A DNA stretch of 64,000 nt from Myxococcota bacterium (GTDB lineage Bacteria; Myxococcota_A; Bradymonadia; UBA7976; UBA1532). Below the pieces are notes generated by a model that saw only the letters and a program-made list of their open reading frames with translations, had not been told where the DNA came from and ran no database searches. Every line of letters begins with the position of its first letter. The first letter of the stretch is position 1. Both the position numbers and the translations under genes were made by a program. Below, one piece after another: positions 30,289 to 38,013 of the stretch. The stretch lies in NCBI GenBank assembly GCA_036337435.1, contig JAYZEG010000037.1, positions 97,590 through 161,589 of the forward strand, written 5' to 3'.

Positions 30289-32571
30289 CTACTCCGTCGG
30301 ACACCGAGTGAGCGACTGAATCCAATCACGGACCAGCGATTGGCCCTCACCATGTACTCGATTGGAACCGATAGGTGGCATACCTTCGCCGTCGCGACGA
30401 CTCATGCGGAGCAAGAGCACGCTTTGATTTGGATGACCTGGGTCAAGCAAAAGGCCGTCGGTGGTATCGAGCTGTCCCTGGCTTGCAATCGCACAAAGGC
30501 CTGTCTGCTCGAGAGACGTCGTGACCCGAAGGTCGAGCCGCGCATTGGCAAAACCGCCGGGCCGATGACAGCTCGCACAGTCGACATGAAGGCGGGCCCG
30601 GGCACGCTCATCGAGGGCGACATCGACTTGGTCTGGCCTGGGATGTGATACGAGTACTGCATCGTCTGGCATGTCCAAATAACCAGCCTCAGCCAAGGCG
30701 TATAGCTGGGACGCCTGACCTCCCGGATACTCGAACAGACCATGTAGCTGACGCTTCGACCATCCAAGAGTAGACCCTGCCGCCTGCGTGTGGCACCGCT
30801 CGCAATCCATAGAATCAAGAAGGGGCCACTCGGACGTCTGACCATCTATTTCGATGCTGACCAACTCACCGGATGTGATGAGGTCAGCATCAGACTGATC
30901 GGGTCTCCACTTCCATGTAAAGCCTCGCCACCCCGAACCAAAGCGGGTCCACATACGGGTTTCAATCCGACGGGGTTCAGCGTCAGGATGTGGCTCTAGG
31001 AAGGTCTTAATCAAGACTGTGCCCGTGGGCATTTCAAAGCTATCTTCGTCGCGATATCGAACCTGCGTGCCATCGGGAATAGCAATGTATCGTGCTTTCG
31101 AGAGCCCATCGGCCCAGAATGGCAGATTGACAAAGTAAGGGATGACACCCGGCGTCATGCGGTGGGTCGACGTGTCGGTGAAACAGCCTGTGTCACTTAA
31201 TCGGGTCGGAAACGGGTTCACCTCGACGGCCGATCGGCGCACTAACCTGACAATGCCGCTGGAAAAGCTGGTTAAAAATAGGTTTCCATTCAGGTCCTCA
31301 CCAAAATGGGTGATGCGGGATTGAACGCCCAACAGTCGAGCTTCGCTTGATTCATCGGCATCACTATCCAAAGCCCAGACCCGACCGGACTCGTAGTCGG
31401 CAAAAAGATATTTGCCCCAGAGTTCTGGTAACCGTTGACCTCGATAGAGAAGCCCGCCAGTGATGCTTTCACCCTCACCGTGATCATAGGCATAAATAGG
31501 TCTCTGGAGGCCGTCGGAACGACATTGATTGGCAGCGAAGCATTCGAACCCTTCTCGAATGTTCCAGCCTAAATTACCTGGGCCGGAAATCCGATGTATT
31601 TCTTCATATCGATTCTGACCTACGTCAGCAGCCCAGAGCGAACCCGTCCGCTGGTCAAAACTCATCCGCCACACATTTCGGACACCCCAAGTCCATATTT
31701 CAGGACGACCTCCGCCATTCACGAAAGGGTTGTTAGCAGGGATTGAATATGCTCGTCCCTGACTTGGCGTGACGTCAATTCTCAGAATGGAACCGAGCAA
31801 TGTGTCTGTGTTCTGTCCATGCCCGAGGGGGTCACCTGCTGCACCGCCGTCACCGAGACTGATGTACAGAAATCCATCGGGACCGAAGTTAAGTGCCCCT
31901 CCATTATGATTGGAGAAAGGTTGCGGGACGACGAGCAGTCGGCGTTCCGAATCCAAGCGGGCCACCCCCGCATTGGCGCGTCTAAATTCGCTTATAATTG
32001 AACAGCGTGATGCACCACCACAACGGTCTTGACCAGCTGAATAATGTACGTAAAACCGGCCGTTGGAGGCGTATTGAGGATGAAAAGCTAAACCTAAGAG
32101 ACCCTCTTCATTGCCCCGTCGACTGACGGAGAGGTCAAAAAAGGTTCGTGCCTCGCGCACGGACGTTTGGTTGTCGAATGTGCGAATCAAACCACCTTGT
32201 TCGACGACAAAGAGTGTTTCATTGTCATGGGGCGCGGTCCCGATCCAAACAGGGCGTTCGAAGGTCAAATTGGGAAAAGCACGCTCAAAACTGTACTCTC
32301 CAACGGGTGGTGGTTCGGGCAGACGGCACGATGGATTCGAGACTCTTGGTCGGTAAGGATTGTATGCGGAGGGGTCTGTGCCTAGGTCAGAGAGACCCTC
32401 ATCTGCCGACATCCCCATATCCGCTTCGGGCCCACGGCCCTGTGCACCCGCATCCTCTCGATTTATCCCGTCAGCGGTGACGGTTCCATCTTCGGCAACA
32501 AAAATAAGAGATGTCCTATCTTCGTCATTGCAAGCAATGACGAAGACCAGCAGGCACAACCATGCTTTCAT
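30289..32571 (-). CDS. Lipoprotein: glucose/sorbosone (PQQ-dependent) dehydrogenase beta-propeller fused to diheme c-type cytochrome
   Basis: Lipobox VIAC, EEGLLGLAFHP, NHNGG.L.FGPDG.LY.SLGDGG, G.RNVWRMSFD, and C-terminal CERCH and CASCH plus MPP. Confidence 0.87.
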   Translation of the reverse strand: MKAWLCLLVFVIACNDEDRTSLIFVAEDGTVTADGINREDAGAQGRGPEADMGMSADEGLSDLGTDPSAYNPYRPRVSNPSCRLPEPPPVGEYSFERAFPNLTFERPVWIGTAPHDNETLFVVEQGGLIRTFDNQTSVREARTFFDLSVSRRGNEEGLLGLAFHPQYASNGRFYVHYSAGQDRCGGASRCSIISEFRRANAGVARLDSERRLLVVPQPFSNHNGGALNFGPDGFLYISLGDGGAAGDPLGHGQNTDTLLGSILRIDVTPSQGRAYSIPANNPFVNGGGRPEIWTWGVRNVWRMSFDQRTGSLWAADVGQNRYEEIHRISGPGNLGWNIREGFECFAANQCRSDGLQRPIYAYDHGEGESITGGLLYRGQRLPELWGKYLFADYESGRVWALDSDADESSEARLLGVQSRITHFGEDLNGNLFLTSFSSGIVRLVRRSAVEVNPFPTRLSDTGCFTDTSTHRMTPGVIPYFVNLPFWADGLSKARYIAIPDGTQVRYRDEDSFEMPTGTVLIKTFLEPHPDAEPRRIETRMWTRFGSGWRGFTWKWRPDQSDADLITSGELVSIEIDGQTSEWPLLDSMDCERCHTQAAGSTLGWSKRQLHGLFEYPGGQASQLYALAEAGYLDMPDDAVLVSHPRPDQVDVALDERARARLHVDCASCHRPGGFANARLDLRVTTSLEQTGLCAIASQGQLDTTDGLLLDPGHPNQSVLLLRMSRRDGEGMPPIGSNRVHGEGQSLVRDWIQSLTRCPTE

Positions 32572-32710
32572 CAGCTTCCCCGGATTGCGTTGGCACCATC
32601 AGGTTCATGATGGTGCATCACCCATATTTTGTACATGCTTTAGACAATCGCTGTGAAAAAGTTAAGCAATGGGTGAACTTCTATCGAGTTTTTAGTTACA
32701 GTCAGAATCT

Positions 32711-33703
32711 ATGGGACGTGGATTGACATCGCAGGTGACGTATTTGCTCTTGCTGGGCCTGCTGATGGGGTGCGGCCAAACTGACGATCCGGCCATGTCC
32801 ATTTATCAGCAGGATATGGCTCTCAGAACAGGGGATTTTGGCCCAGCTTCGCCGGATGCAGCCCCCCCGACACCCGGTGAGACCGTGACCGTAGCCACCT
32901 TTAATGTACGTAAATTCTTCGATACAAATTGTGATTCGCGGAATTGCGGTGATAGCAGCTTCGAACGTATGCCGTCTGAATCAGAATTCCGCGCAAAGGC
33001 TCAACAAATTGCCAATGGCATCAGATTTCTGGGCGGTGATGTGCTCTTACTCCAAGAAATCGAAACCCAAATTTGCTTAAACACGCTGATGGAGTTTTTG
33101 GCCGAGGACGGCTACACGATCTCGGTTCTTGGCGAAACAGGTGGCAGTGCGTCTCTGGACGTCGCCGTCGTCGCGCGCGGCGATTTGGTCGGTCGCCGTT
33201 CCCACAAAGACGAACAAATCCCGCTGCCGAATTCCGGGTCGACTACATTTTCGAGAGACTTTCTCGAAGTTCACCTTGAAATCAAGGGCAAACGCGTCGT
33301 CGTGCTCAATGCCCATTTCAAAGCAAAGACGAGAGATGACCCGCAACGCCGCCTTGCAGAAGCGATGGCCGCACGCGTCATCGCGCTGGACCTCGCCAAT
33401 GAACAGCCAGACGCTTTAGTGGTCTTGGGGGGTGACTTGAATGACACTCCTGGGTCAAATCCGATTCAAGCTCTTGAAGGGTCAAACGGGATGGTTCGAG
33501 TGGCCGCGGAACTCGGTGAAGGGGCTGCTACATATACCTATCAAGGGGTGCCTCAAGCCATCGACCATCTCTACTTGGTGGAGACACCGGCTGGGCGATA
33601 CCGCAGTGGGACCGCACGTGTCGTTCGCTCCAACCAACGAGGTCTTGCCGGCAGCGACCATGCAGGATTGATTGCGACATTTGAGGTCACTGGCGCGCGT
33701 TGA
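32711..33703 (+). CDS. Endonuclease/exonuclease/phosphatase family lipoprotein
   Basis: Lipobox LMGC, ATFNV, LLQEIE, NAHFK, GGDLND, IDH and SDH. Confidence 0.88.
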   Translation: MGRGLTSQVTYLLLLGLLMGCGQTDDPAMSIYQQDMALRTGDFGPASPDAAPPTPGETVTVATFNVRKFFDTNCDSRNCGDSSFERMPSESEFRAKAQQIANGIRFLGGDVLLLQEIETQICLNTLMEFLAEDGYTISVLGETGGSASLDVAVVARGDLVGRRSHKDEQIPLPNSGSTTFSRDFLEVHLEIKGKRVVVLNAHFKAKTRDDPQRRLAEAMAARVIALDLANEQPDALVVLGGDLNDTPGSNPIQALEGSNGMVRVAAELGEGAATYTYQGVPQAIDHLYLVETPAGRYRSGTARVVRSNQRGLAGSDHAGLIATFEVTGAR

Positions 33704-33710
33704 CCCCAAG

Positions 33711-35975
33711 TCACCCCTGGCCGCGCGGGCTCCAATCAAATCGGGGTGTGTACTTTGCAACCACACCATATTGGTCTGGCCAAGGGACTTGGGCCTCAGC
33801 GTACTGTTCAAAGGCTGCATGGCGAGTCCAATAGGGATTGAACAAATGCGCACGCGCGATCACGCATAAATCAGCGCGCCCAGCCGCCAGAACACTATTG
33901 CAATCGGCATAACTGCTGATGTTACCGACTGTCATGGTTGGCACATTTGCTTCGAGCCGTATGCGCTCAGCAAAGGGGGTTTGATAGAGCCGTCCGAAGA
34001 CCGGTCGTGAGTCAGGTGTGGTCTGACCCGTAGAGACATCGATCATGTCACAGCCCGCATCACGGAGGCGCTTGGCAAGTTCAACGGAATCATCGATTGT
34101 CCAACCAGCGTCCAACCAATCGGTTGCAGAGATACGGACCAATATGGGTTTGTGCGAGGGCCATACACTTCGGACGGCATGAAAAACTTCCATGGGGAAG
34201 CGGATCCGAGCGTCGAAAGACCCACCATACTCATCGGTCCGCCGATTGGTGATGGGTGACAGAAACGTGTGTAGCAAGTAGCCGTGAGCGAAGTGCAATT
34301 CCACAAGATCAAAACCGGCTTCATCGGACATCATCGTGGAGGAGACAAATGCATCACGAATCCTATCCATGTCGCGTCGGTCCATTTCACGGGGTACAAC
34401 GCTATGGGGGAGATAGGGAATGGACGAGGCTGCCATGAGGGGCCAACCACCGCTCTCTAAAGGCTGGTCTACCCCTTCCCACATGAGTTTTGTCGCGCCC
34501 TTACGCCCCGCATGGGCCAATTGAATACCCACTTTTGCGTGACTATTGTCATGGACAAATTGCGTGATACGTGCCCATGCATCGACATGTTCTGGCTTGT
34601 ACATCCCGGTGCAGCCAGGCGTAATTCGGCCATCTCGTGTCACGTTCGTCATCTCGGTCATAATCAGGCCGGCACCGCCGATGGCTCGACTGCCATAGTG
34701 CACCAAATGCCAATCGGTTGGCGTACCATCCTCAGCAGAATACATGCACATTGGAGACATGACGATGCGATTGTCTAAGCGCAGCTGGCCCAGCCGATAC
34801 GGCATGAGCATCGGCGGTGGAACAGACTCGGCTTTCAGTCCATTCGTGGCGGCAAACCAACGATCGATGTCTGCGACAAACTCCGGGTCTCGAACCTGCA
34901 GGTTTGAATGAGAGATTCTCAGGCTTCGTGTCAGTAGACTAAATGCAAATTGCTCAGGCTCCAGTCGGTTGAACAAGAGTTCTGTGTTCTCAAACCATTC
35001 CAGGCTCACCTGTGCGGCGCGTTGAGTGCTGTCCACCTGCGATTTACGCTCTGACTGATACAGCTCAAACGCGTCTGACACAGCCGGTGATGTATCGAGT
35101 GCCCCGGCCAGCGCGATGGCGTCCTCCATGGCCAGTTTTGTACCCGAGCCGATCGAGAAGTGAGCGGTGTGAGCGCAATCACCGAGTAAAACCAATTTCT
35201 CATGAGACCAGTTTTCGCAGCTCACCGTTGGAAACTGCCGCCAAATCGAACGGTTCGTCAGCAGTGAATGTCCTTCTAGTTCATCTGCGAAAAGAGCTTC
35301 GCAATATGCGGCTGTTTCCGCTTCAGTTGCGGTGTCCATTCCAGATTTTCGCCATGCTGCTTCAGTGGTCTCGACAATGAATGTACTGAGTCCGTCTTCG
35401 AAATTATAAGCGTGCACGCGCCACAATCCGTGTTCGTTCTCTTTGAAGTAAAAAGTGAATGCTGGAAACTGGCGTTTTGTCCCCAACCAGGTGAAACGAT
35501 TCGGCCTTGCATCCACGCTCGGTTTTAAATGCTCAGCAAAGGTACGCCTGAGCTGACTATTTAGCCCATCGGCAGCCACCACAACATCGGCCCAGTCAAG
35601 GGCGTCATATGATTCGATGGAGCATTCGAAGTTAAGGTCGACACCCAACTCCTCGCAGCGTTGCTGCAATATTTGGAGCAAACGTTTCCGTGATAAACCT
35701 GCAAAACCATGGCCGGTTGAACGCAGACAGCGTCCTTGATAGTGCACATCAATGTCATCCCAATGAGCAAAACTAGATGAGATTGCAGCGTAACTCTCCG
35801 GATCAGCCGCCTTGATATTATCAAGGGTCGCGTCCGAAAACACTACGCCGAATCCAAATGTCTCGTCAGCACGATTACGTTCAAAGACACAAACCGTTCG
35901 ACCCGGATCCTTTTTCTTCAAAAGAATGGCCAAATACAAGCCACCCGGCCCACCACCTACTATCGCAATCTTCAT
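33711..35975 (-). CDS. Bifunctional 2-aminobenzoyl-CoA/salicylyl-CoA monooxygenase-reductase (FAD monooxygenase + Old Yellow Enzyme domain)
   Basis: N-terminal GGGPGGLY, ERN..ETFGFGVVFSD and GDCAHTAHFSIGSGTKLAMED. C-terminal NRIVMSPMCMYSA, QLAHAGRKG, ELHFAHGYLL and NRRTDEYGGS. Start at ATG 35975. Confidence 0.92.
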   Translation of the reverse strand: MKIAIVGGGPGGLYLAILLKKKDPGRTVCVFERNRADETFGFGVVFSDATLDNIKAADPESYAAISSSFAHWDDIDVHYQGRCLRSTGHGFAGLSRKRLLQILQQRCEELGVDLNFECSIESYDALDWADVVVAADGLNSQLRRTFAEHLKPSVDARPNRFTWLGTKRQFPAFTFYFKENEHGLWRVHAYNFEDGLSTFIVETTEAAWRKSGMDTATEAETAAYCEALFADELEGHSLLTNRSIWRQFPTVSCENWSHEKLVLLGDCAHTAHFSIGSGTKLAMEDAIALAGALDTSPAVSDAFELYQSERKSQVDSTQRAAQVSLEWFENTELLFNRLEPEQFAFSLLTRSLRISHSNLQVRDPEFVADIDRWFAATNGLKAESVPPPMLMPYRLGQLRLDNRIVMSPMCMYSAEDGTPTDWHLVHYGSRAIGGAGLIMTEMTNVTRDGRITPGCTGMYKPEHVDAWARITQFVHDNSHAKVGIQLAHAGRKGATKLMWEGVDQPLESGGWPLMAASSIPYLPHSVVPREMDRRDMDRIRDAFVSSTMMSDEAGFDLVELHFAHGYLLHTFLSPITNRRTDEYGGSFDARIRFPMEVFHAVRSVWPSHKPILVRISATDWLDAGWTIDDSVELAKRLRDAGCDMIDVSTGQTTPDSRPVFGRLYQTPFAERIRLEANVPTMTVGNISSYADCNSVLAAGRADLCVIARAHLFNPYWTRHAAFEQYAEAQVPWPDQYGVVAKYTPRFDWSPRGQG

Positions 35976-36036
35976 TCTCGAACGCTCCCACGTATCAACA
36001 GACACAGCATGTCAATCAGGCTCAAGTCTCGCAAGG

Positions 36037-37026
36037 TCAAGTCGGAATGTTGGCATTGTTTTCAGTATCTCGCATGCTCAATCTCTTCCGAATCATCTCG
36101 ATCACATTCATCTCAACACCCCGACTCACGGCCATTTCGATGTACTGATCAAGCATCAAAAGCGTTTGCCGCCGGACCTTGCTAAAGTGAACTCTTAACA
36201 GATTCTGGAGATCAAAGGGCGTGACTCTGCCCGCCAGAAAAAATATCGGCAGCAAAACCAAACGAGACGTGAGTACCCGGACAAGAAGACGCGCTCGGCC
36301 CGGCATCGTGATAGAAATCGCTTGTCGAGCGGCCTGTGCTGCCACCACCAGATTCGGCGTACGACGCAATTCGGACAACTGCCACTCACACAATTCCAAC
36401 ATTGCGATCATCGGCATCAGGATACCGCTTCCAAGTCTGAGCTTAAATTCAAGATCATGAACTTGCTTTGCGGACATTCGCCCCCGCTGTAGTAATTGGA
36501 CGATTCGGTAAACCTGGTCTTGAGGGCCTTCAAAGGGTGCGCGGCTAAATGGGGGAAACCACCAACACATCGCCTTCGATGACCCCGGATTGACCACCGA
36601 TTGTTCGAAACTGACCAGGGTGATCATGCCCCGCACCAATTGGGCCTCCGTGAAGGCTCGTTTGAACCGATTGAAGTCATGAATACCCGGCTGTAAACAA
36701 ACGATGGTCGCGTCACCGACATGGGCCGCAATCGAGTCGAGTAAACTGTCGGTTATTGCCGTCGAATCGATACAAAACCAAACCTGCTGAAAGCCACCCT
36801 CTCGCTGTTGGGTGATGGTCGTCGTCACGGAGAAATTTCGAAACCAGACAGGTTCGGGCAGACCTTCATTGATACAGCGAACCGCCAAACCGGCTCTCAA
36901 TTCGGTGACATATTTTTCTTTGACTAAAAAGGTGACCTGAGCACCACCCTCAGCCAGATGATACCCGTACGCTTGACCAACTGCGCCAGCTCCAATGAGT
37001 AAAATATTGTCTTGAAAATCAGCCAT
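36037..37026 (-). CDS. Ketopantoate reductase-like (ApbA/PanE N-terminal Rossmann) protein
   Basis: ILLIGAGAVG..YG.HL..GG.QVTFLV and LQPG. C-terminal half is divergent. GAGGT SD precedes ATG 37026. Confidence 0.65.
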   Translation of the reverse strand: MADFQDNILLIGAGAVGQAYGYHLAEGGAQVTFLVKEKYVTELRAGLAVRCINEGLPEPVWFRNFSVTTTITQQREGGFQQVWFCIDSTAITDSLLDSIAAHVGDATIVCLQPGIHDFNRFKRAFTEAQLVRGMITLVSFEQSVVNPGSSKAMCWWFPPFSRAPFEGPQDQVYRIVQLLQRGRMSAKQVHDLEFKLRLGSGILMPMIAMLELCEWQLSELRRTPNLVVAAQAARQAISITMPGRARLLVRVLTSRLVLLPIFFLAGRVTPFDLQNLLRVHFSKVRRQTLLMLDQYIEMAVSRGVEMNVIEMIRKRLSMRDTENNANIPT

Positions 37027-37400
37027 ATTTACCTCGAATGTCGAACCCTGGTCATTGCCTCTCGAGCCGTCTCGCAAAATGAGTTGACCGTAACTAACGC
37101 CAACTTTCAATGCCTCCGGCAGGTCGTTTTAGAAGATGTGCATCCGATCCAGTTTCGCAGTCATCAAACGGTAGGTGGATGTCGACGATATGGAGCCAGG
37201 GTGGCGATGTTTACTCAGCATCTAAGATAAGTTCGGTCTTGAGTTTGACCGTAAAGACGATGCCAAGCAAAGCCGGCTCTTGCCATGGTCAAGATTCAAT
37301 GGTCTCTCACGGAATCGGACACCTGTGTGCTGGAAAAACCAAACAACACGAGAGCCAAATGTGGTCTTATAGAATAGAGACCTCCAAGGAGTTAGAAGAC

Positions 37401-38000
37401 ATGTTTCACCGGACAGCGACTGAAGAATTGATTCAGCAGGTATTGGGCGCAGATTACGTAGCTCTCAAGGCAACCGGTTATCATTTGATGGAAAATCTGG
37501 GCGACGGTCAATGTTCCGTTGAGGTTAAGCTGGTGCGAACTGCAGCCCTAGAGACCATCGATGAAATCACCGGGGTCGGTGTGGGTTTCATCGACGCGCT
37601 TTACCATGGTCTACTGAACCATTACGCACGGGAATTCCCATCGTTGAATACCATCGTCTTCACCGCGTTCGATGTGACTGGCGATATGGCGACGTCGCAC
37701 AAACAGGGAGCCGATGCGACATGCGTCGTTACGCTCTCAGTTCAGAACACGGATGGCCGCATATTTCGTTTTGAAGAAAGCGGACGTTCACTCGTCGCGG
37801 CAAGCCTGCAGGTGGTGGTCGAAGCGGCGGAGTACTTCATCAATTCTGAAAAAGCATACGTGACCGTCTACAAAGCGATGGCGGATGCGAAAGAGCGCAA
37901 TCGGCCAGACCTAATCGAGACCTACACGGCCCATCTGGCGCAGCTGGTCAAAACCACCAGCTATTCCGAAGTCATAGAAAAAATACACACGCAACTCTAA
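37401..38000 (+). CDS. Stand-alone protein resembling the LeuA/CimA C-terminal allosteric (regulatory) domain
   Basis: AAGGAG SD before ATG 37401. G.GVGFIDAL...L...Y...FPSL..I.F..F.V ... GADA...V.L ... S...ASL ... EY pattern. Confidence 0.6.
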   Translation: MFHRTATEELIQQVLGADYVALKATGYHLMENLGDGQCSVEVKLVRTAALETIDEITGVGVGFIDALYHGLLNHYAREFPSLNTIVFTAFDVTGDMATSHKQGADATCVVTLSVQNTDGRIFRFEESGRSLVAASLQVVVEAAEYFINSEKAYVTVYKAMADAKERNRPDLIETYTAHLAQLVKTTSYSEVIEKIHTQL

Positions 38001-38013
38001 CCGGGCTCGCGGC

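Noticed and set aside
37110..37400. N-terminal ~97 codons of the 296-aa ORF, or a riboswitch in this spacer
   Set aside because: The translation looks non-protein-like and a strong SD precedes ATG 37401. I could not match the spacer to any riboswitch consensus by eye; an Rfam scan would settle it.
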